64,000 nucleotides of DNA from Eledone cirrhosa (GCA_964016885.1 OZ024741.1:84506001-84570000), one strand, 5' to 3'. Positions 1 through 16,553 are shown, counted from the stretch's first letter. Program-made: numbers and translations. Notes: generated from the sequence alone by a model not told the origin.

Positions 1-3000
1 ACACCAATACCAACACCTCCAACACCAACACCTACACCACCAACACCAACACCAACAATACCAACACCACCAACAGCAACACCACCAACACCACCAACAC
101 CAACACCAATACCAACATTACCAACACCAACACCAACACCAACACAACCAACACCAACACCACCAACAACAACACCACAAATACCAACACCAACACCACC
201 AACACCAACACCACCAACACCACCAACACCACAAACATCAACAACAACACCACCAGCACCAACACCAACACCACCAACACCAACATCAACACCACCAACA
301 CCAAAACCAACACCACCAACACCAACACCAACACCACCAACACCAACACCAACACCACAAATACCAACGCCACCAACACCAACATCAACACACCAACACC
401 AACACCATAAACACTACAAATACCAACACCACCAACACCAACACCAACACCACCAACACCAACAACACCATCACCAACACCACAAATACCACCAACACCA
501 ACACCAACAACACCAACTCCAATACCACAAATACCGACACCGACACCACCAACACCAACACCTACACCACCAACACCACCAACACCAACACCAACACCAC
601 CAACACCAACACCACCAACACCAACACCACAAATTCCAACACCACCAACACCAACACCAACACCACCAACACCAACAACACCAAAACCAACACCACAAAT
701 ACCACCAACACCAACACCAACAACACCAACACCAATACAACAAATACCAACACCGACACCACCAACATCAACACCACTAACACCACCAACACCAACACCA
801 CCAGGACCAATACCACCAACAGCAACACCAACAACAACATCACCAACACCAACACTACCAACACCAACACCACCAACACCACCAACACCAACACCACCAA
901 CACCAACACCACGAACAGCAACACCAACACCAACACCACCAACACCAACACCAACACCAACACCAACACCAACACCACAAACACCAACACCAACACCACC
1001 AACACCAACACTACCAACACCAACACCACCATCACCAACACCACCAACACCAACACCACCAACACCACCCACACCAACACCACCACCACCAACACCACCA
1101 ACACCAACACCAACACCAACACAACCAACACCAACACCACCAACACCAACACCACCAACACCAATACCAACATTACCAACACCAACACAACCAACACCAA
1201 CACCACCAACACCAACACCACCAACACCAATACCAACACCACCAACACAAACAACACCAACACCAACACCAAAATACCAACTCCAACACCACCAACACCG
1301 ACACCAACACCACCAACACCAACACCACCAACACCAACAGCACCAACACCAATACTAACACTACCAAAACCAACACCAATACCAACATCACCAACACCAA
1401 CACCACCAACACCAACACCAACACCAACACCACCAACACCAACACCACCACCACCAACACCAACACCACCAACCCCAACACCACCAACTCCAACACCACC
1501 AACACCAATATCAACACTACCTACACCAACACCAATACCAACATCACCAACACCCACACCACCAACACCAACACCACCACCACCAACACCAACACTACCA
1601 ACACCAACACCACCAACACCAACACCACCAACACCAATACCAAGACTTCCAACACCAACACCACCAACACCAACACCAACACAACCAACACCTATACCAA
1701 CACCACCAACACCAACACCTACACCACCAACACCAACACCAACACCAACACCACAAATACCAACTCCAACACCAACAACACCAACACCAACACCACCAAC
1801 ACCACCAACACCAACAGCACCAACACCAATACTAACACTACCAACACCAACACCAATACCAACACCAACACAACCACCACCAACACCAACACCACCAACG
1901 CCAACAACACCAACACCGCATATACCAACACCAACACCACCAACACCAACACCAACACCACCAACACCATCAACACCAACGCCAACACCACCAGTACCAA
2001 TACCAACACCACCAAAACCAACACCACCAACACCAACACCAACACCAACTCCACAAATACCAACACCACCAACACCAACACCAACACCACCAACAGCACC
2101 AACACCAACATCACCAATACCAACATCAACACCACCCACACCAACACCACCAACATCAACACCAACACCACAAATACCAACACCACCAACACCTACACCA
2201 ACACCACCAACACCAACACCAGCACCACCAACACCAACACCACCAACACCAACACCAACACCAACTCCACAAATACCAACACCACCAACACCAACACCAA
2301 CAGCACCAACACCAACACCAACACCAACTCCACAAATACCAACACCACCAACACCAACACCAACAACACCAACACCAACACCAACAGCACCAACACCAAC
2401 ACCACCAACACCAACACCACCAACACCAACACCAACAACACCAACAACACCAACACCAACACTACCAACACCAACACCACCAACACCAACACCACCAACA
2501 CCAATACCGACACCAACACCACAAATACCAACACCACCAACACCAACACCAACAGCACCAACACCAACACCAACACCACCAACACCAACAAAAATACCAC
2601 CAACACCAACACCACCAACACCAACACCACCAACACCACCAACACCAACACCACCAACACCAACACCAACACCACCAACACCAACAACACCAATACCACA
2701 AATACCAACACCGACACCACCAACACCAACACCACCAACACCACCAACACCACACCACCAACACCAACACCACCAACAGCAACACCAACACCAACATGAC
2801 CAACACCAACACCACCAACACCACCAACACCAACACCACCAACACCAACACCACCAACAGCAACACCAACACCAACACCACCAACACCAACACCAACACC
2901 ACCAACACCAACACCCCAACACCAATACCAATACCAAGACTTCCAACACCAACACCACCAACACCAACACCAACACAACCAACACCAATACCAACACCAC

Positions 3001-6000
3001 CAACACCAACAACTACACCACCAACACCAACACCAACAGCACCAACACCAACACCAACACCAACACCACAAATACCAACACCACCAACACCAACATCAAC
3101 ACTCCAACACCAACAACACTAACACCAACACCACCAATACCAATACCAACACCAACACCAATAGCAACACCAACACCACCAACAACACCAACACCAACAC
3201 CCACACCACCAACACCAACACCACCACCACCAACACCAACACTACCAACACCAACACCACCAACACCAACACCACCAACACCAATACCAAGACTTCCAAC
3301 ACCAACACCACCAACACCAACACCAACACAACCAACACCTATACCAACACCACCAACACCAACACCTACACCACCAACACCAACACCAACAAAACCAACA
3401 CCACCAACAGCAACACCACCAACACCACCAACACCAACACCACCAACACCAACACCAACACCAACACCAACACAACCAACACCAACACCACCAACACCAA
3501 CACCACCAACACCAATACCAACATTACCAACACCAACACCACCAACAACAACACCACCAACACAAACAACACCAACACCAACACCACAAATACCAACTCC
3601 AACACCAACAACACCAACACCAACACCACCAACACCACCAACACCAACAGCACCAACACCAATACTAACACTACCAACACCAACACCAATACCAACACCA
3701 CCAACACCAACACAACTACCACCAACACCAACACCACCAACGCCAACAACACCAACACCGCATATACCAACACCAACACCACCAACACCAACACCAACAC
3801 CACCAACACCATCAACACCAACGCCAACACCACCAGTACCAATACCAACACCACCGAAACCAACACCACCAACACCAACACCAACACCAACTCCACAAAT
3901 ACCAACACCACCAACACCAACACCAACACCACCAACAGCACCAACACCAACATCACCAATACCAACATCAACACCACCCACACCAACACCACCAACATCA
4001 ACACCAACACCACAAATACCAACACCACCAACACCTACACCAACACCACCAACACCAACACCAGCACCACCAACACCAACACCACCAACACCAACGCCAA
4101 CACCAACTCCACAAATACCAACACCACCAACACCAACACCAACAGCACCAACACCAACACCAACACCAACTCCACAAATACCAACACCACCAACACCAAC
4201 ACCAACAACACCAACACCAACACCAACAGCACCAACACCAACACCACCAACACCAACACCACCAACACCAACACCAACAACACCAACAACACCAACACCA
4301 ACACCAACACTACCAACACCAACACCACCAACACCAACACCACCAACACCAATACCGACACCAACACCACAAATACCAACACCACCAACACCAACACCAA
4401 CAGCACCAACACCAACACCAACACCACCAACACCAACAAAAATACCACCAACACCAACACCACCAACACCAACACCACCAACACCACCAACACCAACACC
4501 ACCAACACCAACACCAACACCACCAACACCAACAACACCAATACCACAAATACCAACACCGACACCACCAACACCAACACCACCAACACCACCAACACCA
4601 CACCACCAACACCAACACCACCAACAGCAACACCAACACCAACATCACCAACACCAACACCACCAACACCACCAACACCAACACCACCAACACCAACACC
4701 ACCAACAGCAACACCAACACCAACACCACCAACACCAACACCAACACCACCAACACCAACACCCCAACACCAATACCAATACCAAGACATCCAACACCAA
4801 CACCACCAACACCAACACCAAAACCACCAACACCAACACCAACACCACCAACACCAACACTACCAACACCAACACCACCATCACCAACACCACCAACACC
4901 AACACCATCAAAACCACCCACACCAACACCACCAACACCAACAACACCAACACCAAAACCACAAATATCAACTCCAACACCACCAACACCAACACCAACA
5001 CCAACACCAACACCACCAACACCAACACCACCACACCAACACCAACACCACCAACACCAATATCAACACCACCAACACCACCAACACCACCAACACCACC
5101 AACACCAACGCCACCAACACCAACACCACCAATACCAACACCAACACCAACGCCAACACCACCAACACCAACACCACCAATACTAATACTACACCAACAC
5201 CAACACCAACACCAACACCAACACCACCAACACCAACACTACCAACACCAACACCACCATCACCAACACCACCATCACCAACACCATCAAAACCACCCAC
5301 ACCAACACCGCCAACACCAACAACACCAACACCAAAACCACAAATATCAACTCCAACACCACCAACACCAACACCAACACCAACACCAACACCACCAACA
5401 CCAACACCACCACACCAACACCAACACCACCAACACCAATATCAACACCACCAACACCACCAACACCACCAACACCACCAACACCAACGCCACCAACACC
5501 AACACCACCAATACCAACACCAACACCAACGCCAACACCACCAACACCAACACCACCAATACTAATACTACACCAACACCAACACCAACACCAACACCAC
5601 CACCACCAACACCAACACTACCAACACCAACACCACCAACACCAACACCACCAACACCAATACCAAGACTTCCAACACAAACACCACCAACACCAACACC
5701 AACACAACCATCACCAATACCAACACCACCAACACCAGCACCAACAATACCAACGCCACCTACAGCGACACCACCAACACCACCAACACCAACACCAACA
5801 CCACCAACACCAACACCAACACCAACACCAACACCACCAACACCAACACCACCAACACCAACAGCACCAACACCAATACTAACACTACCAACACCAACAC
5901 CAATACCAACATCACCAACACCAACACCAACAACACCAACACCACCAACACTAATACCAACACCAACACCACCAACACCAACACCACCAACACCAACAGC

Positions 6001-9000
6001 ACCAACACCAACACCAACACCACAAATACCACCAACACCAACACCAACATCAAAACATCAACACCAACAACACCAACACCAACACCACAAATACCAACAC
6101 CAACACCAGCAACACCTACACCAACACCACCAACACTAACACCAACACTACCAACACCAAGACAACCAACACCAACACCAACACCACCAACACCAACAGC
6201 ACCAACACCAATACCAACACCACCAACACCAACACCAATACCAACATCACCAACACCAACACCAAAAACACCAACACCAACACCACCAACACCAACACCA
6301 CCAACACCAATACCAACACTACCAACACCAACACCAATACCAACATCACCAACACCAACACCAAAAACACCAACACCAACACCACCAACACCAACACCAC
6401 CAGCACCAATACCAACACTACCAACACCAACACCAATACCAACATTACCAACACCAACACCAACACCACCAACACCAACACCAACACCACCAACACCAAC
6501 ACCAACACCACCAACACTAACACCAACACCACCAACACTAACACCAACACTACCAATACCAAGACAACCAACACCAACACCAACACCAACACCACCAACC
6601 CCAACACCACCAACCCCAACACCACCAACCCCAACACCACCAACATCAACACCACCAACCCCAACACCACCAACACCAACACCACCAACACCAATACCAA
6701 CACTACCAACACCAACACCAATACCAACATCACCAACACCAACACCAACAACACCAACACCAACACCACCAACACCAACACCACCACCACCAACACCAAC
6801 ACTACCAACACAAACACCACCAACACCAACACCACCACCACCTACACCAATACCAAAACTTCCAACACCAACACCACCAACACCAACACCACCAACACCA
6901 ACACCAACACTAACAACACCAACACCACCAACACCAACACCACCAACCCCAACACCACCAACTCCAACACCACCAACACCAATACCAACACTACCAACAC
7001 CAACACCAATACCAACATCACCATCACCCACACCACCAACACCAACACCACCAACACCAACAACACCAACACCAACACCAATACCACAAATACCTACACC
7101 GACACCACCAACACCAACACCACCAACACCACCAACACCAACACCACCAACACCAACACCAACACCACCAACACCAACACCACCAACACCAACACGAACA
7201 CAACCAACAGCAACACCAACACCAACATCACCAACACCAACACCACCAACACCACCAACACCAACACCACCAACACCAACACCACCAACAGCAACACCAA
7301 CACCAACACCACCAACACCAACACCAACACCACCAACAATCAACACCAACACCACCAACACCAACACCAACACCACCAACACCAACACTACCAACACCAA
7401 CACCACCATCACCAACACCACCAACACCAACACCATCAAAACCACCCACACCAACACCACCAACACCAACAACACCAACACCAAAACCACAAATATCAAC
7501 TCCAACACCACCAACACCAACACCAACACCAACACCAACATCACCAACACCAACACCACCACACCAACACCAACACCACCAACACCAATATCAACACCAC
7601 CAACACCACCAACACCACCAACACCACCAACACCAACGCCACCAACGCCAACACCACCAACACCAACACCACCAATACTAATACTACACCAACACCAACA
7701 CCAACACCACCACCACCAACACCAACACTACCAACACCAACACCACCAACACCAACACCACCAACACCAATACCAAGACTTCCAACACCAACACCACCAA
7801 CACCAACACCAACACAACCATCACCAATACCAACACCACCAACACCAACACCAACAATACCAACGCCACCTACAGCAACACCACCAACACCACCAACACC
7901 AACACCAACACCACCAACACCAACACCAACACCAACACCAACACCACCAACACCAACACCACCAACACCAACAGCACCAACACCAATACTAACACTACCA
8001 ACACCAACACCAATACCAACATCACCAACACCAACACCAACAACACCAACACCACCAACACTAATACCAACACCAACACCACCAACACCAACACCAACAC
8101 CACCAACACCAACACCAACATCACCAACACCAACACCAACAACACCAACACCACCAACACTAATACCAACACCAACACCACCAACACCAACACCAACACC
8201 ACCAACACCAACACCAACACCACCAACACCAACAGCACCAACACCAACACCAACACCACAAATACCAACACCACCAACACCAACACCAACACCACCAACA
8301 CCAACACCACAAATACCAACACCACCAACAGCAACACCAACACCACCAACTCCAACACCAACACCACCAACACCAACACCACAAATACCACCAACACCAA
8401 CACCAACAACACCAACACCAATACCACAAATACCAACACCGAGACCACTAACACCAACACCACCAACACCACCAACACCAACACCACCAACACCAACACC
8501 ACCAACAGCAACACCAACACCAATACCACCAACACCACCAACACCAACACCACCAACACCAACACCACCAACACCAACACCACCAACACCACCAACACCA
8601 ACACCACCAACACCAACACCACCAACACCAACACCACCAACACCACCAACACCAACACCAACACCACCAACACCACCAAGACCAACACCACCAACACCAA
8701 CACCACCAACACCAACACCACCAACACCACCAAGACCAACACCACCAACACCAACACCACCAACACCAACACCACCAACACCAACACCACCAACACCACC
8801 AACACCAACATTACCAACACCAACACCACCAACACCACCAAGACCAACACCACCAACACCAACACCACCAATACCAACACCAACACCAACACCACCAACA
8901 CCAACACCACCAATACCAATACTACACCAACACCAACACCAACACCAACACTGACACCACCAACACCACCACCAACACCACCAACACCACCAACACCACC

Positions 9001-9215
9001 AACACCAACACCAACACCACCAACACCACCAACAACACCACCAACACCAACACCACCAACACCAACACCACCAATACCAACACCAACACCAACGCCAACA
9101 CCACCAACACCAACACCACCAATACCAACACCAACACCATCACCAGTAGCAACACCAACGCCACCAACAACACCAACACCAACACCAACACCACCAACAC
9201 CACCAACACCAACAT
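1..9215. repeat. CCA/ACA trinucleotide-based satellite (ACCAAC/ACC units) with higher-order duplications
   Basis: Near G-free + strand built from ccaaca/cca units. Rare marker motifs recur at fixed offsets: ccgcatatacc at 1916 and 3758, ccagtacc at 1991 and 3833 (period 1842); catcaaaaccaccca at 4906, 5285 and 7434. Confidence 0.95.
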
Positions 9216-10374
9216 AACAGTGCATAACTACCTTTATTACCCCACCCAACACAGCAACCAACGCCACCACTAACATCGTTAACATGACTACCATCACCAA
9301 CACTACTATCACTATCACCAACATTACCATCATTACCACAACTACTATCACTAACCACAATCACCGTCTCTACAACATCATCTACGTCTACCAATATCAT
9401 CACCACCACCACCACTAACAACAACAACACCAAAAACAACAATAACAATAATAACAGCCCTAATTTGATTACCCCTCCTTCAATTGCCCTCTACATACGA
9501 AAGCTAGCAGAACTACCACCAATATTATCAACACCACTATCATGAGCAACACAACCACGCTTACCACTTACAATTACTGGCGCCACTACCAACATTATCA
9601 TCACCTCTACTATCACTACTACAGCCATCACCACCATCACCCACCTACACAATCACACCCAGCAACATCAACACTACAGGTTTACTCAACTACAAACTCC
9701 AACCTCACCTCTACTATCAGCACCAACGGCACCATCACTACTACCACCACCCCAATCACCAACATTACCGCCATCTCCACCACTATCACTAGCACCACCT
9801 ATGCCAAACGCTAACAACTACAAGAAAACCACTACCGGCAGCAAAATCTACCTACACCTCAATTACCTACACCACGACAAGTACTAAACCACATCGCACA
9901 GCCAATATCATAACCAGCACCAACATCACAGCCACCGACAACAACACTCTCACCACCAACAACAACATTCATAGAGAAGATCCGCTCCACCCGCTACGAT
10001 ATCATAATACTGTAATGACCTTCCACCTGGCCTGCAACTTACCAGTTATTTTACTCATATCAAACCAAAGATTCACCACTTCGCCAAAACCAAATGTTTA
10101 CGTTATTTCCCTAGGGTTTTCGGGATGGAAACAAACCTCAACAGTAACAACAGCCGCAGCCGCAACAACGACAACAGCAGCACCAATAACAACAACAAAA
10201 AGCAGCAGCAACAACAACAACAACAACAACAAAAACAACAGCAACAACAAAAACAATAGTGAATGACTCAAGCTTACTTCTTTTGTATGAAATATCAATT
10301 AGCCGGAGAAACAAAATAGAGACCCACCACCACCAACCTCAGCAACATCGACCACCACCACCACCACCATCCCC

Positions 10375-10405
<31 letters not shown>

Positions 10406-10410
10406 CACTA
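9216..10410. repeat. Degenerate CAC/CAA/CAT low-complexity flank of the satellite
   Basis: Decayed (acc)n, (aac)n and (cat)n tracts continuing the same strand bias. Confidence 0.7.
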
Positions 10411-10617
10411 ATCACAGACTTAGAGGATAGAATTACAGCAGTATCAATCGGCCGGGGAAAGAAAAGACCAAAAACCGAAGTAATGACATGAACAACGTTT
10501 TTATTCGCAGGTACATGTCCAGTAAATACAAATAAATAAATAAGTATGATGTTCTCTCTGCTTTCTCACTGCTTTCGTCTCTCTCGCTCTCTCGCTCTCT
10601 AGCTCTCTCCGTCGCTC

Positions 10618-11002
10618 ATTATTATAAACAATAGGGTCGATAAAACCTTACGGGTCGATAAAATAAAGTACCAGTAATGCACTGGGTAATTGCTGGCCTT
10701 GTGCCAAAAGTAGAAACAATTATTATAAACAATAGGTCGATAAAATAAAGTACCAGTAGTGCACTGGGTATTGCTGGCCTTGTGCCAAAAGTAGAAACAA
10801 TTATTATAAACAATAGGCGGTGGATTGGCAGTATCGGTAGAGGGTCGGACGACATGCTTTGACGCATTGAGTTACAGCCCTTGTTAATCCCGCCGAGGTT
10901 AACTTTCCCTTTCATCCTTACGGGGTCGATAAAATAAAGTACCAGTAATGCACTGGGTAATTGCTGGCCTGTGCCAAATGTAGAAACAATTATTATAAAC
11001 AA
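10618..11002 (+). mobile_element. tRNA-derived SINE (10816-10990) preceded by tandem 3'-end fragments
   Basis: Body ggcggtggattggcagtatcggtagag...gtcgataaaataaagtaccag...gtgccaaaagtagaaacaatt matches about ten other copies in the window. The flank attattataaacaa(ta) occurs at 10618, 10719, 10800 and 10989. Confidence 0.9.
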
Positions 11003-11004
11003 AT

Positions 11005-11555
11005 GGGGTCCACGCACTGTTTACCCCGTGGCCCCTGCACAGTATAGAGAAGACGTTTCCCCTGAGGAAAGAGCCATTCCAGCTCATGAGGCTCACACCT
11101 GCGGGTAGCCAGCTCCGTGCCATTGGTGTTGAGTAAGGAGGTGGTCGTATGACCAACGAGACCAGAAGTTTACTCTGCTACAGGCTCGACCGCAAACCTG
11201 TCAGAGAGCGACTGATGTGTGGAGAGTTTACCCTCCTCGGTCCGACGTGTAGCAGAGCCTGGATTAGTCGCAGACTGCACCTGGTTGCCGCTGGAGAAAA
11301 GGCGCTGCATGGGGCATATGGAAGATGGTCATGCTGTTCGGACGTTTGCCGTTCACTCGGTCCAAACCTACCGGCACGAGCTGGGGGAGGAAGCTTGGTG
11401 ACATCCAATACATGCTATATGATCTCATTAAAAACAGCATGGCGTGGAAGGCAGCCAACATTGTAGCGACAGGACAGCGTGTGGAGGCCGAAAAAGTCTA
11501 CAGTGGATACACAGCGACATTTGTGTTACTGACAGATCCGGAGATCGAGCCGTAA
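11005..11555 (+). mobile_element. Decayed non-LTR retrotransposon fragment, probably Tx1/L1-like ORF2 C-terminus
   Basis: GC-richer island. Translation MTNETRSLLCYRLDRKPVRERLMCG..GPTCSRA resembles the LPVRxRL..CPRC zinc-knuckle region of Tx1-type ORF2; frameshifted. Confidence 0.5.
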
Positions 11556-11624
11556 GGAAGAACAACAGCAATATCAATCCAAAGAGAAAATATAACATGT
11601 GACTTACAGTCGTATACATCTCAA

Positions 11625-12870
11625 CCGCAACACTCACAACAGCCACAAAACTAACAACGACTACAACATCCCACGACTAACACAACTACTCAAACAACCA
11701 CAACTACCGCAGCAACCACGACACTAACAACAGCCACAACAGCCATTATAACCACAACGACTACCATGACAATTCCAACTGCCATAGCAACTCCAACTAC
11801 CACAGCAACCACAACACTCACAACACTCACAATAACCATAACAACCACAACAACCACAACAACCACAACTCTCTCAACTGTCACAACACTCACAACAACC
11901 ATAACAACCACAGCACCCACAACACACACAACAGCCATAACAACCACAACAACCATAAAAACCACAACTATCACAACACTCACAACAACCACAATAACCA
12001 CAGCAACCACAAAACTCACAACAACCACAACAACCACAACACTCACAACAGCCATAACGACCACAGCAACTACAACACTCACAACAACCATAACAAGCAC
12101 AGCACTCACAACAGCCATAACGACCAAACAACCACAACACTCACAACAGCCATAACTACAGCACTCGCAACAACCATAACAACCACAGCACTCACAACAA
12201 CCATAACAAACACAGCAACCACACAACCACAACAACCTAACAACCACAGCAACCACAACACTCACAACACTCACAACAACCATAACAACCATAGTAACCA
12301 CAACACTCACAACAACCATAACAGCCACAGCAACGACAATAACACAACAGCCACAACAACCACAGCAACCACAATACTCACAACAACCATAAAAACCACA
12401 ACAACCACAACACTCACAACAGCCATAACCACAACACTCACAACGCTCACAACAACCATAACAAACACGGCAACTACAACACTCACAACAACCATAATAA
12501 CCACAGCAACCACAACGCTCACAACAACCATAATACCACAGCAACCACAACACTCACAACAGCCATAACAACCACATCAACCACAACACTCGCAACAACC
12601 ATAACAACCACAGCCACCACAACGCTCACAACAACCATAATAACCACAGCTACTACAACAACCATAACAACCACATCAACCACAACACTCACAACAGCCA
12701 CAACAACCACAGCAACCTCATCAACCACAACTGTCACAACCACAACAGCCACAACAACCACAACAACCGCAGTAACCATAACACTCACAACCACAACAAC
12801 CACAACTGCCACAACAGCCATTACAACCATAGTAACCACAACTGTCACAACAACTACAATAACAATAACA
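11625..12870. repeat. Compound ACA/ACC/CTC trinucleotide minisatellite
   Basis: Recurring cacaacactcacaacaaccataacaaccacagcaac-type units; frames shift repeatedly. Confidence 0.9.
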
Positions 12871-13149
12871 TATTATTGGTGTTGTAGAACTATGGCAATA
12901 TCGAAATTTGAATGCATTTGCTGTGTTGTTCAATTCAATTACACAACAAATGCCATTCTCTTGATTTGGGAATTCTCTTTCATTTCAATTATTCCTTTAC
13001 TTTACCTCCATCGTTTCCTCCCCTCCCACTCTTTCCTCTCCTCTCCTCTCCCCACATCTCATTCCCCTTCCCCTCCTCTCTTCTTTCATTTCTTTGCTCT
13101 CACTTACCTCTTGTATTTTTATTGCTGTTTCTGTTTCTCTTTAGGGGCT

Positions 13150-13470
13150 TTTGTTGTTGTATTATTGATGATAGTAGTTGTTGGTGTTTTTCCTTGTTCT
13201 GGTTGTTGTTTTGTTGTTGTTGCTGTTGTTGTCACTGTTTATTGTTATCATCCTTGGTCTTGTTGTTGGCCTTCCTGTTGTTATTGCCATTGTTTTTGTT
13301 GTTGTTGCCGCTGATGGCATTGTTTTTGTGGCTGTCGTTGTCGTGGTTGTTATTGTTGTTGTGGTAGACATTGTTGTTGCGGTTGATATCGCTGATAGTA
13401 TTTTTTTTTACCATTGTTGTTGTTTCGGCCATTGTTGCTGTTGTTGTCACTGTGGTTGTTATTGTTCTTT
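13150..13470. repeat. Degenerate (GTT)n tract
   Basis: Visible gtt/gct repeats with opposite strand polarity to the upstream tract. Confidence 0.8.
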
Positions 13471-14224
13471 TTTATCAACCCATTAGCTTTTTTTTCTTTA
13501 TTTCAATCAGAATCATTGCAATGTTACGAAAATACGGCTACTCAATTGAACCATAAGTTAAAGCTACACTCTTTATGCTTGACCGTGCCAAATATCAATT
13601 GATTCATTCATCCCCAGAAATTCATTTACCATGTGTTATTTTTATTTTTTACCTTGGATGTCCCGTTTGAAGTTGAGGTTTTCATCTCACTCTCTCTCGT
13701 CTCATATAGTTTTACACGCGTTCCTGTTAATGTTTTTGTGGTAGCGGATACGTCGGTCCTGGAGGAGGGGTAATGTATTGGTTAAGGTTATTGTAGTGGC
13801 TGTAATGCTTGTGGTGGTGATTGTGTTGCTTTTGATGGTGGTTGCGCTGGCTCTACCGTTACAGTAGAGATTTTATTGTGGTGGTAGTTGCTGTTGTGGT
13901 TGTTGATCTGGTGGCGATACTTACCGCATTAAAGTCCGCTGTTATACGATATTAGTATTATTATTTAAGTTTTATTCCAAGTTTATGTTAGGTTTTCTCC
14001 ACCCCAATATTTCTGATATGTATAGACCAGTAACACTTGGTGGAATCATGAAACACCGTAACGGGTAATGTCAACCTGGTGGAGCACATCCCTTCTTCAG
14101 GTTTGAAGACAGTCGATTTCTTCCAGTGAAGTAAAAAGATAGAGAATGTGTATGTGTGTGATAGAAAGAACGAGAGAAAGAGATATGAAGGAAATTTCAA
14201 CTTTATTATTTAACCGTTACAGAG

Positions 14225-14416
14225 GGCGGTGGATTGGCAGTATCGGTAGAGGGTCGAACGCCATGCTTTGACGTATAGAGTTACGGCCATTGCCATTCTG
14301 AGTTCAAATCTCGCCGAAGTTAACTTTGCCGTTCATCCTTACGGTGTCGATAAAATAAGGTACCAGTAATGCACTGGGTAAATTGCTGGCCTTGTGCCAA
14401 AAGTAGAAACAATTAT
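14225..14416 (+). mobile_element. tRNA-derived SINE, full length
   Basis: A-box-like tggcagtatcgg and B-box-like gagttcaaatc; aaccgttaca on both flanks (likely TSD). Confidence 0.9.
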
Positions 14417-14848
14417 GAAACCGTTACATTCTTAACGATCTAGAAAGAAAGAAATGCAAAGCTGACTATGGTGGCTTTTGAACTCAGAGAGCAGATAGCC
14501 GTTATAAATAAAGCAACACATTCTAACACACGTTTCAACCACTCTGCCCATTCGCCACCCCACCTCCTTTTTCTCATAAAATGTCATAAATCCACACATA
14601 TTGCTAAAACCATATGTTTCAAAGGTATTGTTGTTGCTGTTGTTGTGGCTACTGTTGTATTTGTTGTTGTTGTAGTTCCTTTTATTAGTCCTTTTGAATA
14701 CATATTTCACATTCGCAAATGTATTCTCCAAATCTCGAAAATAGTTTTATGTGCCAATGTATAAACAGATATATACATATTTTTTTAAGTACCTTTCCTC
14801 GTGGGAAATCTTGTGATAGTACTAATCTAACTAAGCTATATGAATATA

Positions 14849-14933
<85 letters not shown>

Positions 14934-15039
14934 TTGTGCGTGCGCTTGTGTGTGTGTATGTATGTATAAATATAGGTATATATGTATATATATATATATA
15001 TGCATAAATAAATGTATACACACTCACTCGCGCACACAC

Positions 15040-15089
<50 letters not shown>

Positions 15090-15768
15090 CTGTATTATTA
15101 ATATATTTAATTAAAGAAAAACCTTACTGTCATACTGTGGTCGATGCTGTCTCTCTACCTATGATTTATTCATAGTTTGTAAGAAGTGGACTCAAACAAT
15201 TATTAGTCAAGTAGTGAAAGACGGAGTCATTGATGTCTTTTCTTGAGCAAATATTTTTAACCTTGTTCGCTAAGAATGATTGATATACTATCTTGTTGTT
15301 TCAGTAAAAGCACAATAAATCCGCACGAATAAAATTCTAAATAAGACAGCTGTTGAATTGACAGAGTCGTTATGATGTCGAATAGAATATTTGCGTTATT
15401 TGTTCCGTTTTCTCTGGGATCAGTGTTTAAATAAGACCGAGGTTAATTTTGACTTTCATGCTCTCGAGAAGGATAAATAATGTAAATTTCAGACTGACTA
15501 AGGTATACGTAGATCTTAAATTCGTTAAAAATCGACTGAAGTATCGGAAATATCTGTCTCGCTTTCGGCTGTCACATCTATAGCTCGTGACCTAAGCTTG
15601 ATGAACAGTTGATCTTGTTTCAGAGCGCTGTATGGTCACCCCTATTGCCAATACACACAGAAACACATACATAGACCGAACCACGCACACTAATAATGCA
15701 CTCAGATACACTCTATCACTAACTCCATCAAACTAATAAGACTAATTCTATACCTGTGTTCGTCTGTT

Positions 15769-15819
<51 letters not shown>

Positions 15820-16013
15820 TGTGTGTGTATGTATGTTTGCGTGTGTGTATATGTGTGTGTGTGGGGGGGGGGCTGTGTGTGTGTGTGTGTGCAGAGAGAG
15901 GGAGAGAAAAATATTGATAGATTGATAGACAGATAGACATGTCCAGACACCTCAATATATGCTAGTTGTGTAATTACATAGAAAAAGTACAGAGCCGATT
16001 CCTTCCTCAGAGA

Positions 16014-16080
16014 GGAGGAGGAGGAGGAGGAGGAGGAGGAGAAGAAGAAGAAGAAGAAGAAGAAGAAGAAGAAGAAGAAG

Positions 16081-16110
<30 letters not shown>
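16014..16110. repeat. (GAG)n(AAG)n microsatellite
   Basis: Direct reading. Confidence 0.95.
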
Positions 16111-16111
<1 letters not shown>

Positions 16112-16525
16112 CTATTAAAATCCTATTTTAAATTTGTTCAGTGGGTGCTCAGCAGTATTAGCTGCTCGGCTCCTGTCTCTTGATAAGAGAAGAAGAGAAA
16201 AATAATCCATTTTTCGTAAGCTTCTACAAGTAGCTAGTTTATCTGCAACAAAAATCTCAATGAAATCTTTGACAAAAATCCGACAGCTGTAATAATGAAT
16301 GTAGCCAAACTTTGAACTTCTGTGAAATATCTATGAATGGGGAAATAATTTATCAGATTGCATTTAAATTTAAATTTCAGAGCAAGCGGAAATATTGAAC
16401 GGATTCTAACTGGATGACTAGGTAATGATTTCATGAATATATATATACATATGTTTGTGTGTGGGTGGGGGGGTTCATGTTTAGCATTTCATTTGTAAGT
16501 TAACTTGAGAGATATGGGTCAGATC

Positions 16526-16553
16526 TGAACGGCTTCCGACTACTTGATTTCAT

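Noticed and set aside
32-9360. Long GV-, VL- and WC-rich ORFs on the minus strand
   Set aside because: Translations of the CCA/ACA satellite in overlapping frames; no complexity or domain content.
10618-11002. Repeat-spacer pattern resembling a CRISPR array
   Set aside because: The intervening segments are near-identical SINE 3' ends, the context is eukaryotic and there are no cas genes.
11690-12933. Cys-rich metallothionein/keratin-like or Thr-rich mucin-like ORFs
   Set aside because: They arise from a trinucleotide minisatellite readable in several frames on both strands; no splice or start context.
14225-14330. tRNA gene
   Set aside because: A/B-box-like head without a full cloverleaf, attached to a SINE body present in many copies.
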